64,000 nucleotides of DNA, taken from positions 3,328,001 through 3,392,000 of the forward strand of contig CAUVXB020000002.1 of NCBI GenBank assembly GCA_963555825.3. The letters run 5' to 3'. The notes under the pieces were generated by a model that was given only the letters and a program-made list of their open reading frames with translations, had not been told where the DNA came from and did not search any database. The stretch's first letter is position 1; every line of letters starts with the position of its first letter. This stretch comes from Alphaproteobacteria bacterium (GTDB lineage Bacteria; Pseudomonadota; Alphaproteobacteria; JAAXGF01). This document shows positions 10,432-19,944 of the stretch, piece after piece. Both the position numbers and the translations under genes were made by a program.

Positions 10432-11192
10432 CCGACACACCGCAAGTGCTGCTCGCCCACCACCTCAAGACGCTGAAGCTGCCGACCTTCCTGCGCGAGT
10501 ACGACAAGATCGCCCGGCAGTGCGCCTCGGAAGGCGTCGATCACGTCCGCTACCTGTTGAGACTCGCCGAGCTCGAGCTGATCGACCGCGAGCGCCGCAT
10601 GGTCGAGCGGCGCATCAAGGCGGCGCGCTTCCCCGTGGTCAAGAGCCTCGACAGCTTCGACTTCAAGGTCATCCCCTCGCTCAACAAGGCGCTGGTCCTG
10701 GAGCTGGCCCGCTGCGAGTACATCGAGCGCCGCGAGAACCTCATCGCGCTCGGCAACAGTGGGACCGGCAAGACCCACATCGCCCTCGGTCTCGGCCTGG
10801 CGGCCTGCCAGAAGGGCCTCTCGGTCGGCTTCATCACCGCCGCCGCGCTGGTCCACGAACTCATCGAGGCCCGCGATGACAAGCAGCTGCTGAGGTTCCA
10901 GAAGAAGCTCGCCACCTACAAGCTTCTGATCGTCGACGAACTCGGCTTCGTGCCGCTGTCGAAGACCGGCGCCGAGCTGTTGTTCGAGGTGTTCAGCCAA
11001 CGCTACGAGCGGGGCTCGACCCTGGTCACCACCAATCTGCCCTTCGACGAATGGACCGAGGTGTTCGGCTCCGAGCGCCTCACCGGCGCGCTCCTCGATC
11101 GCCTCACCCACCACGTCAACATCCTCGAGATGAACGGTGACAGCTACAGGCTCAACCAGAGCCGCAGGCGTCAAACCCCGACTGCTAACTGA
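10428..11192 (+). CDS. istB: IS21 helper ATPase IstB
   Basis: Walker A GNSGTGKT, Walker B LLIVDELG, LLDRLTHH. Confidence 0.95.
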   Translation: MTDTPQVLLAHHLKTLKLPTFLREYDKIARQCASEGVDHVRYLLRLAELELIDRERRMVERRIKAARFPVVKSLDSFDFKVIPSLNKALVLELARCEYIERRENLIALGNSGTGKTHIALGLGLAACQKGLSVGFITAAALVHELIEARDDKQLLRFQKKLATYKLLIVDELGFVPLSKTGAELLFEVFSQRYERGSTLVTTNLPFDEWTEVFGSERLTGALLDRLTHHVNILEMNGDSYRLNQSRRRQTPTAN

Positions 11193-11424
11193 ACCGACCA
11201 CCCAGCCCACGCTTGACCCCGTGGGCCCACAGGTCCCTCCCGCGCGCGCCGCCGCGTCAGCCTGTTGAGGGCACGCCGCGTCGCGCGCGGGGCCCTCCCG
11301 TGGACTACGGGGACAAGCCCGCAGCCGCCAAGCGGTCCCTTCTTACACCGCCGAGGTGGTCCCTTTTTGCTCCGCCATTGACATCCCTGGCCTCGCTTGT
11401 CCCTGATCCTTGGCCAGGCCCGTT

Positions 11425-11712
11425 TCACGACCCATTCCCGTCATTCACGGCATCCTTGAGGGCCTTGCCTGGCTTGAATGCCGGCGCCGTCGACGCCTGT
11501 ATTTCCAGGCTCTCGCCTGTCCGCGGATTGCGCCCGGTACGGGCGGGCCGGCTCTTCGTCGTGAACGTCCCGAATCCGACGATCCGCACTTCTTCGCCAT
11601 TTGCCAGGCTCTCGCTCACCGCCTCGAAGACGGCGTCTACCGCATCCCCGGCCGCTGACTGGTTCATTCCAATCCGATCTGCCACGCGGCCGACGATTTC
11701 CGACTTGTTCAT
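11425..11712 (-). CDS. hup: HU/IHF-family DNA-binding protein
   Basis: MNKSEIV...GFGTF...ARTGRNPRTGE...PAFKPGKALKDAV. Confidence 0.92.
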   Translation of the reverse strand: MNKSEIVGRVADRIGMNQSAAGDAVDAVFEAVSESLANGEEVRIVGFGTFTTKSRPARTGRNPRTGESLEIQASTAPAFKPGKALKDAVNDGNGS

Positions 11713-11864
11713 CCATGCGCTCCCGTTCTCGCTGAAATCCTGCGCTGTGCGGCGTGAGTATCACGTTGCGCCGTTCGGCGCGATATTCCGCAATCCAAAT
11801 CCTGTGCCGGATCATGCGCGCGCTGCCGCGCAACGCCCCGCTTCTGTACATTCGAGGAACCCGG

Positions 11865-12190
11865 TTACCGGCGACGCTGCTTCGCGGCGGCCACCACGCC
11901 GTCTACCTGGGCGCGCGACAGGCGAAACTCCCGGGCGATCGCCGCCGGCTTGAGGCCGGCTTCGAACGCCGCGAGGATCAGCCGCTCCTGGCCGGGCGTC
12001 ACCGGAGCGGGCTTTCCGCGCGTTCCCCCTCCAGCCGTCTTGCCGTCCAGCCTGCCGCGCCTGCGCGCCTCTGCGCCGGCCGGCCGCCTCCAGCAGCCGG
12101 TCCAGCTGAGCGTCGTCGAGATAGCGTAGCGAACGGCCCAGGTCGGCGGGCAGGGCAAGCGAGCCCGGCCGGTTACCGCCGGCTAAGGCA
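11865..12190 (-). pseudogene. Small hypothetical protein with C-terminal HTH, frameshifted
   Basis: LPADLGRSLRYLDDAQLDRLLEA in one frame, AAFEAGLKPAAIAREFRLSRAQV (HTH-like) in another. Confidence 0.5.
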
Positions 12191-12378
12191 TCCGAAACGT
12201 TTCCAGCCGACCGGTCCACACCGTACTTTGCCGGTTCGTCGCCGGACCGCCCGGATCTCCCCTTACGTTGCACCATCCCCGTCGTCCATCCGATCGGCGG
12301 TGAAGCCGTCCCGCGCCGGCCCGGCGGGTTGCAACTGCCGGCGCGCCGCTCCGCCCATTACAGCGCAAAACTCCCGAT

Positions 12379-12786
12379 GGTGCTGTCACGGTAACTGGCT
12401 GGTGTCAGCTGCGGGTGGCGAGTAGCTTCCTGTTATGAACAAGATCAGCTACCGCCGACATCGGTTTCCTGCAGAGATAATCCAGCGCGCCGTCTGGCTG
12501 TGTTTCCGGTTTCCGCTCAGTTACCGCGATGTGGAGGATCTGCTCGCTGAACGTGGTGTCGATGTTTCTTACGAGACGATACGGCGCTGGGCTTTAAAGT
12601 TTGGGCAGGCCTATGCCCGAAAACTGAGACAATCACGCCCTCGACCAGACGACCGGTGGCACCTTGATGAGGTGTTTTCCTCCATCAACGGAAAACGGAT
12701 GTATCTATGGCGGGCGGTGGACAGCGAGGGTGAGGTGCTGGATATCCTGGTTCAGTCCCGGAGGAACAAGAAAGCAGCACTCAAGC
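12379..12786 (+). mobile_element. IS6-family element, left half
   Basis: IR GGTGCTGTCACGGTAA; ORF from 12435 with YRRHRFP, WHLDE and YLWRAVDSEGEVLD, then cut. Confidence 0.85.
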
Positions 12787-12918
12787 GGCTTTGTCAAGTT
12801 AATCGGATTCACTCCGAAATCTCCGTAAATTGTCGATGGCTACTTTACGCAATTTCAATGGCTTAGTCTCGTGGAGAAATGCCGAAAACAGCCTGTAATC
12901 AGTTAACTTGACAATGCT
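12787..12918. mobile_element. 132-bp MITE with IS6-type inverted repeats
   Basis: GGCTTTGTCAAGTTAA ... TTAACTTGACAATGCT (14/16 match); no coding capacity. Confidence 0.65.
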
Positions 12919-13290
12919 GATGGCACGGCTACTTCGGCTTCTGCGAAACACCGTCCACGCTTCGAAGCCTTGACCAGTGGGTGCGGCGGCGGCTTCGTGC
13001 CGTCGTTTGGCAGCAATGGCGACGCGGGCCGAAGCGCTATGCGGAACTCCGCAGACGCGACGTCGGCCATGTGCTGGCCGCGCAGACCGCCGGGAGTGCC
13101 TGTGGCCCCTGGCGCCTGAGCAACAGCCCCGCGCTGTCCATCGCCATGTCAAACGCCTTCTTCAGCCAACTCGGTCTGCCGTCCCTCGTCCCCCAACCGA
13201 CCGCTTAATCCGCCGAACCGCCGTGGTACGTGACCCGTATGCCCGGTGGTGTGGGAGGGGTGGCGCCGTGAGGCGCCCCCCTATCCCGAT
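12919..13290 (+). mobile_element. Group II intron (class IIC) 3' remnant: maturase C-terminus, domains V and VI
   Basis: LDQWVRRRLRAVVWQQW...SPALSIAMSNAFF..GLPSL; DV GAACCGCCGTGGTACGTGACCCGTATGCCCGGTGGTGTGGGAGG at 13215; ends CTATCCCGAT. Confidence 0.88.
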
Positions 13291-14017
13291 CCATCACTTC
13301 TTCTCTCGTCAAGATGGCGATCGCGCGCCGCAGTCGCCTGACTCGCGCCTACTCGGCCGCCTGTCGGTACAACCTTTGAAAACGAACGTTGCCCTGCATT
13401 TCGTCGTCCGCCTCCCCCATCTCATCAAGAATTTCGCGAAGTGTGTATCGGTATTGCGGAGCAATCCCTTCGGGACCAATGACCCTGCTGAGGATCTCGA
13501 GTGTCGGTCCAGGGCGCGACGTCGCCTGTCCGCTCTCGCGAAGGCGAAACAAGTTCGTGTCGATGGGCTGCAGGTAGTCGAGGGCCCAGTCGGTGGCGTC
13601 GGGAAATGCGTCCCCGCACTCCGCAAGCAGGTCCACCATCGCCGTCGCTGTTCCCGGAGTGTTTCGGTCAGCTCGCGCAGGCCAGTACGCCCGAAGCCAC
13701 CGACCCACCTTCTCCCTCCAGACTTCCGCCCGCTCCGCGGCTTCGCCCTTCAGCCGCTCCTGCAGGCTGGCGAGAACCGTCGTCAAAGCGGCTTCCGACA
13801 TCACTCCCACTACAACGTGAACTTCTTCACCGGTCAGTTCGCCGGGAGCCTCAAGGCAGATCGTCATGAACAACAGAGTGAGATTGCGTTCGGTGCGGGC
13901 ATTCAGATTGCCCGCTCGGAAAAGGTCGATGAAGGCTTGCTTGAGAGCGAGGAGTAGGTCAGGTCCGATGGTCCGCGACCAGCCGTATGCGTACCAGAGA
14001 TTGTTCGCTTCCTCTGA

Positions 14018-15180
14018 TACCAACGGCGCAAAATTCTGACTCGCAAGGGATTCCCTTTTTGGGCTGGATGTGATTCAAGGCTGCGGCGAAGGAGATTCGC
14101 CATGTCAGTATGCATTGCTCTTCGGGACGACTACGACAGCATTGAGCTCCGGTGTTTGGCCAAGCACAGTCGCGATCCCCGCCAAGTTCGCCGGCTTTTG
14201 GCCTTGGCGGCGGTTTACGACGGCATGAGCCGAGCGGAAGCCGCTAAGGTCGGCGGCATGGATCGCCAGACGCTGAGAGACTGGGCGCACCGCTTCAACG
14301 ATGAAGGGGCAGACGGCTTGAAGAACCGTCCCGGTGCGGGCCGCCCCCGGCTCTTGACCGACGAGCAGATGGGCGAACTGTCGGTGATCGTCGAAACGGG
14401 CCCCGATCCAGAGATTGACGGTGTGGTTCGCTGGCGGCGGGTTGACCTGAAACGGGTGATCGAAGAACGCTTTGGCGTGATCTATAGCGAGCGGGCGATC
14501 TCCGACCTTCTCGTCGCGCTGTCCTTCTCCCACATCAGCGCCCGGCCGCAGCACCCCAAGCAGGACCAGCGGGTGATCGAGGCGTTCAAAAAAACTTCCC
14601 CCGCACGCTCGCTGCCCACCTAGCCGGTCTGCCCAAGACCAAGCGGGTCGAGATCTGGTTCCAAGACGAGGCCAGGCTGGGACAGAAGAACGGGCGTGTG
14701 CGCATTTGGGCGAAGAAGGGAACAAGGCCACGCCTGCCCGCCGATCAGCGCTACACGAACGCCTACCTCTTTGGCGCAATCTGTCCCATGGGAGCCAAGG
14801 GTGCCGCTCTCATGCTCCCCTTCGCCAACACAGCCGCCATGCAGATGCATCTCGACGAGATCAGCTGCAACGTCGCCGCCAAGGCCCATGGCGTCGTCCT
14901 GATGGACCGCGCCGGGTGGCACAGCACCGACCAGCTCAAGGTCCCCAAGAACCTCACCATCATCCTGCTGCCATCGCGCTCGCCCGAGCTGAACCCGGTC
15001 GAGAACATCTGGCAATACCTCCGCCAGAATTGGCTCTCTAACCGCGTCTTCGAAGATTACGACGCCATCATCGAGGCCGGTTGCCAAGCCTGGAACAAAC
15101 TAATCGACCAGCCCGAGACGATCATGTCCATCGGAATGAGAGATTGGGCGATTTCAGGTCAATAATTAGTGCCGTTGGTA
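14018..15180 (+). mobile_element. IS630-family element
   Basis: IRs TACCAACGGC...GCCGTTGGTA, with TGA on both sides. Confidence 0.9.
14102..15165 (+). CDS. IS630 transposase, probable programmed -1 frameshift
   Basis: HTH orfA, A7 slippery run at 14588-14594, then WFQDEAR, MDRAGWH and SPELNPVE. Confidence 0.88.
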
Positions 15181-16402
15181 TGACTCCCCCGGACGGAAGC
15201 GCGGAATCAGTCTCTCGCTCACCCAGTCCTGATCGACGGCGTACAGGTAGTGCAGCCTCGTAGCAATCATCACTCGGCCGAGGTGTCCGCTTGGCTCCTC
15301 GGTGATCGCGTTGAAGTATCCGCGCACGGGTTCCGGAAGGCGATTGCCGACTCTGGGCCGATGCTTCGATAGTCGAGCGAGTGCCGCGTCGGCGAGTTTC
15401 CCTGCTGCGTCGTTCAATGCATCGGTGAGTGGCTCGTCCAACGCGACGATTTGAGCGGGTGCCCGCCTACGGACGGCGTTCCAGCCCTTTTCCCACAGTT
15501 CGGCGATTTCTCCTTCGCGGTCCGTCCCGTAGGTCCTTGCCAGTTCCTTCACGAGTTCGGCGACCGCGTCTTCTACTTCGTCAAACAGCCAATCCGGAGC
15601 ATTCACAAGACATCGGGCGGCGCGTTCGTGAAGGCGGATGTCTGCCTCCTCTCCTTCCGGTGAGTTTGGAACGGACCACAGGAACCACTTCCAAAAATCT
15701 GCCCGCCACGTTCCTTCCGCCGCGAGTTCCTCCAGGGCCTCGATTGCCTTCTCGGGCTGTGCGCGGGCAAGACCGCGGAATTGGTCCTGGCTCGCGCTCT
15801 CGTCCCGGATTGCCCTCGCAACGTCCGCCACCGTTCCCTCGAGCAGGTCCTGGGGCGCGAACTCCTCATCGCCAATCCATCGTGCTTCGCCCCGCCAGCG
15901 TAGAAACTCGTCACGCTCCGCGTCAGCGTCCCGCTCTACTTCCAATCCTTCGGCGAGCTCTCTCGACTTCTTGTCGAGCCGCGCCCCGGAGACCGAGAGC
16001 TTGTGCAGGCGCAAGGCCTGCTCACGGCGGATCAATGCGGGGTAGTTCGGTGGCGGGTTCCTCGGTTTCGGCTTCGGCCCCTCGTGAATCGCACATACGA
16101 TTTCGACGCGCAGGTCCCGCGGCAGCCTTGCTCCGGCCTTGCGGAACAAGCGCAACACCTCCCGCTGGAGCTCCCAGTTCCAAACGCCACGCGGTCGGCG
16201 AGTGAGGAGAAGGGTCCTCGCCAGATTGATATCGGACTTCGGATCCTCGGTCAGGGCGTGAAGTGCAAGCCTTGTGAATAGTGGCTTGCGGGACAGCACC
16301 CAGCGACGGAGCAGGTTTTCCGCGCGTGCACGGTCGATTGCAGGTAAGCGTTCGTTCAGGCCGTGGAATCAGCGCGGGCGTTTCCATTCGCCCCGGCCGA
16401 TT

Positions 16403-17284
16403 TTAGCGATTGAGGGTGCGTTTCCAATCCCGTCGCAGGGGCCGGAGCCAGACATCCTTTTTAGGCTTGTCGGACTGCCTGTCCCGGTCGTAGCGCCCGC
16501 GCCCCTGGGTGGTCCCGACGCGGGTCCAGCCGGAGGCCCTGTAAACGGCGCCGGTGTAGCGCGGGGTCTCGACGAAGGTCTCGATGAGCACGGGCGTGGT
16601 GTTGTAGCGCTCGGTCCAGTCATCGGGCAGGCGCCGGCGGATGATGGCCAGGATGTGCGAACCCAGGTTGGGGATATTGATCCAGGGCAGGATCAGGAAT
16701 CTCGGGTTGTCGACCACGAAGGGAAGGTTCTTCTCGCGCAGTTGCCGTGTCCATCCGATGAAGTTGTCGCGCGGGGCGAGCTTCCACGCGGCGGTGGAGA
16801 AGCCGAGCATGGCGAGCGGCCAGCCGTCGCGGTCGTGGACGGCGTAGCGCATCTGGGCGCCGACCAGGGTCTTGTATCCGAGATAGTGGTAGCGGGCGAC
16901 GAACTCGTTCCAGAGCTTGCTCTCCCGGGTGCCGCGCACGACGGGGCGCAGGTCGAGCGGACGGACCTTGTCGAGGGTCGTCGGGGCCGGGAACAGCGGC
17001 GCTTCGGTGTCCGGCCCGAAGACGATCGGCCCGGGCCGGTTCTGCCGTCCCTGCGGCGCCGGCAGGGCGATCAGGCCGTCCCTGTGCATGGCCAGCATGG
17101 CGACCCTGGCCATCATGTCCTTGAGGCCGCCGTCGGGCTTGAACCAGCCGATGCGCCGGCAGAACTCCTTCGACAGCATATGGCGGTTCAACGGCGGCGG
17201 CCCGGCGATCAGCGCGCGCAGCAGCGCCATTTCCCCGGCGGTGAAGTCGCGGCCGTAATAACGGCACTCGATCGCGCCGGTCAC
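16403..17284 (-). CDS. DUF4338 (Druantia DruA-like) domain protein
   Basis: YHYLGY, AAWKLAPRDNFIGW, RFLILPW, NLGSHIL, ETFVE and YRASGW..VGTTQGRG motifs; GTGA overlap with the transposase stop. Confidence 0.85.
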   Translation of the reverse strand: MTGAIECRYYGRDFTAGEMALLRALIAGPPPLNRHMLSKEFCRRIGWFKPDGGLKDMMARVAMLAMHRDGLIALPAPQGRQNRPGPIVFGPDTEAPLFPAPTTLDKVRPLDLRPVVRGTRESKLWNEFVARYHYLGYKTLVGAQMRYAVHDRDGWPLAMLGFSTAAWKLAPRDNFIGWTRQLREKNLPFVVDNPRFLILPWINIPNLGSHILAIIRRRLPDDWTERYNTTPVLIETFVETPRYTGAVYRASGWTRVGTTQGRGRYDRDRQSDKPKKDVWLRPLRRDWKRTLNR

Positions 17285-19944
17285 GCCGGCGCCATGAGTT
17301 CGCGCCTGCGCTCCTCGCTCATCGACCATGGCAGCCACGGCGACAGGTCGTCCGGCGGTTTGCGATCGTTCTCCGCGCACGCTGCGAGCCACGTGTCCAG
17401 CCAGCTCAGGATGTCGATGCCATTCATCGAGAGCGTGCCCACCACCGAGTACATGATCGCCGTGAACCTGGCGCCGTCCTCGCTGTCGGAACCGAACGAC
17501 AGCCGTCGCCCTATGGCCGGACCTCGTAACAATCTTTCGGCGCGATTGTTATCCAGAGGCACCTGCGGGCGGTCGACGAACACGCTCAGCCCTTCGCGAT
17601 GGTTCAGCAGCGAGCGCAGCGCCCTGCCCTGGCGCGCCTGGTCCGGCAGGCCGGCCAACTCCCGGGCGGCCTCCGCGAACAGGCCGTCGAGCGCCGCCTT
17701 CAACGCGCCCTGCGCCGCGTCGAACGCCGGCGTCTGGCGCTTGATCACGGGGTCGTAATGAGCCAACCTCGCCTCGTTCAGGCGGTAGACCGACGCGATC
17801 CGCTCGATCCATCCCTGGCACCAGTCCGTCAGTCTCACCTGGCCGGCCGCGCACTCGACAAAATCGCGGCGCATATGGGACCAACAGAATGCAAGGGTCA
17901 CTTTGCCCTCGCGAAGGCGAGCGAGTCGCTTGTAGGCGCTATAGCGATCGCAGACGATGACCGTGTCGAGGAGAGCGTCGCCGAACAGCTTCTGCGCCGC
18001 CTCGGCGCTGCGCGAGGGGTCGATATGGAAAGAGACCGCGTCATTGCTGACCGAGACCCACAGCCAGGCGCGGCTCGAGCGGTCTTCCCCGCGAAGTTCC
18101 TGGACGCGCCAGCTGGTCTCGTCGGCATGGCGCAGCGCCGCCTTGTTCTGGTGCGCAAGGATCGCCTCGGCCAGCGGCTCGAGCAGCGGCACGAACCGCT
18201 TCAGGCTGTCGGCCAGCGTCCCCGGCGAGACCGTCAGCCCTTGGGCGGACATCCACGCGGCAACGCGGTGCACGGGGCGGAAGCAGGCACAGTGCTCGAA
18301 CAGGAAGCGTGCCCAGAAGCTGGTCCCGTAGAGCGTCCTGGGGAACAGCCGCGGCACCGGGGGCGCCGACACTTCCATGGGCGACGACGCGCACTCGCAG
18401 GTCCGGCGCCAGCGCGGACGGCGGATCACGCGCTTGTAGGCCTTGACCTCGATCTCGACGAGGGTGGATTCCTCGGCGCCGTTCGGCGCATAGGGCTGCC
18501 CGCACCGGCCGCAGACGCACGCATCCGGCGGCGGGTTGTGCTCTTCGGTGCGCTCATCGAGCCCGGGCCGCTGGGTGCGGCCGTGGCCGGGCGCGCCGCG
18601 CTGCTGGCCGCGCTTGTGTTCCGAGCCCGGCTTGTCCTGCTGCTCGCTCTTGCGGCCGTAGAGCGCCCTCGACAGCACCGCCCCGGTCGCACGAAGCCTC
18701 TCAAGCTGGACTTCCAGCGTCTCGATCCGGTTCCGCGACGTCTTCGCGCCCTTGCGCAGGCGGGCGTTCTCCCGGGACAGCGACTTGATCGTAGCCTTCT
18801 GGCGCCGCGACCTTCGCAGAGCCCTGCGGAGATCGGCGTCTGCAACGGACAGCGACTTCGACAACGTCTTCCTGACCGCTCGAAGCCCGGCAAGCTCGGC
18901 CTCGAGTGCCTTCCTGATCGCGCGAAGCTTGGCAGGCTGAACCTCCAGCGCCGCTTTCCGGGTCTCCAACTTCCGCATGGTCCTGCGCAGACGGCCGTTG
19001 TCCTTGCGCAGCGCCTCGATCGTCGTCTTCTGGCGCCGCGATCGCCTCAACGCCGCGCGCAGTTGAGCAGCCTCGTCGGACGGCAGCTTCGACAGCGTCG
19101 CCCCGGCCGCCCGAAGCTTGGCGAGCCGGGCCTTCAACTTCTCCTTACCGGCTTTGGACACCTCCAGGGCATGGCGCAGCCAGAAAACCTCGTCGGACAG
19201 CGACCGGGCGCGGGCCTCGGCGTCGCCCAGTATCCTCACCTCCCGGTGGAGCCGAAGGGACTCGCTGGACAGCTTCTTCGCGGTCTCCCTGATGCGCTCC
19301 GTCCTCTCCTTCTCCTGGTCGAGGCGCGTGTTCAGCCGGGCGTTCTCCTTGTCCCGCCGGACCACCTCCTTGTCGAGCCGGCGGAGTTCCGTGCGAAGCG
19401 ACCTGACGGTCTCCTTCTGGTCCGGGGAAGGCTCCAGGACGGTGCGCCGCCGGGGCGGAGCGGGCCACGGCCCGGTCGCGCCCTCACGGGCCTTCGATGC
19501 CGCCAGGGCCTTGCGCAGCCGGGCGTTCTCCTTGCGCAGCGCCCCGGCCGTATCGAAGGCCGACGCGATGCCGGCTTCAGAAAGGAGCGTCTCCAGGCGC
19601 GCCACTTCCGCCTGCAAGGACGGCACGTCCCTTGCCGTGCGGCGGGCTTCCTTCGTCTCTTCGACGGCCTCACTCAGCCTGCGCCGGCAGGCCTTGAACC
19701 GAGACTTCCACGAACCGCCATCGCTGCGGGCGGCCACTTCCGCCCAGCGCAGCTCTTCCGCCCGCGCTTCGGCCGCGTCCGCCCGCGCCCGTTCCCGCTC
19801 ACACTGTGACCGCCAGTCGCGCGGCGCGTGCTCCGGCACCGACACGGGGGACAACCGGACCCCGCCATTACCCTCGACCAGCGTCAGGTTGGTGCCAAAA
19901 TCCTCGTCCAGAACCACCATGCGCACGACGATAGCGCATGGCAA
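17281..19944 (-). CDS. tnpC: IS66 transposase TnpC with a very long coiled-coil N-terminus
   Basis: LYGRKSE, GQQRGAPGHGR, CVCGRCG zinc finger, HADET, VCDRYSAY, CWSHMRRDF, DNNRAERLLR; 887 aa. Confidence 0.92.
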   Translation of the reverse strand: MPCAIVVRMVVLDEDFGTNLTLVEGNGGVRLSPVSVPEHAPRDWRSQCERERARADAAEARAEELRWAEVAARSDGGSWKSRFKACRRRLSEAVEETKEARRTARDVPSLQAEVARLETLLSEAGIASAFDTAGALRKENARLRKALAASKAREGATGPWPAPPRRRTVLEPSPDQKETVRSLRTELRRLDKEVVRRDKENARLNTRLDQEKERTERIRETAKKLSSESLRLHREVRILGDAEARARSLSDEVFWLRHALEVSKAGKEKLKARLAKLRAAGATLSKLPSDEAAQLRAALRRSRRQKTTIEALRKDNGRLRRTMRKLETRKAALEVQPAKLRAIRKALEAELAGLRAVRKTLSKSLSVADADLRRALRRSRRQKATIKSLSRENARLRKGAKTSRNRIETLEVQLERLRATGAVLSRALYGRKSEQQDKPGSEHKRGQQRGAPGHGRTQRPGLDERTEEHNPPPDACVCGRCGQPYAPNGAEESTLVEIEVKAYKRVIRRPRWRRTCECASSPMEVSAPPVPRLFPRTLYGTSFWARFLFEHCACFRPVHRVAAWMSAQGLTVSPGTLADSLKRFVPLLEPLAEAILAHQNKAALRHADETSWRVQELRGEDRSSRAWLWVSVSNDAVSFHIDPSRSAEAAQKLFGDALLDTVIVCDRYSAYKRLARLREGKVTLAFCWSHMRRDFVECAAGQVRLTDWCQGWIERIASVYRLNEARLAHYDPVIKRQTPAFDAAQGALKAALDGLFAEAARELAGLPDQARQGRALRSLLNHREGLSVFVDRPQVPLDNNRAERLLRGPAIGRRLSFGSDSEDGARFTAIMYSVVGTLSMNGIDILSWLDTWLAACAENDRKPPDDLSPWLPWSMSEERRRELMAPA

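Larger units (their letters stand above)
8398..11383 (+). mobile_element. IS21-family element, copy 2, scrambled internally
   Basis: IRL TGAGAACGG at 8398, IRR ...CCGCCATTGACA at 11383, no TSD. Confidence 0.9.

Noticed and set aside
12919-13290. Retron or functional group II intron
   Set aside because: RT core and intron 5' domains are missing; only the maturase tail and DV/DVI remain.
16403-17284. Druantia defence system
   Set aside because: No DruE helicase or other Dru genes in the window; the DUF4338 gene is inside IS66 ends.
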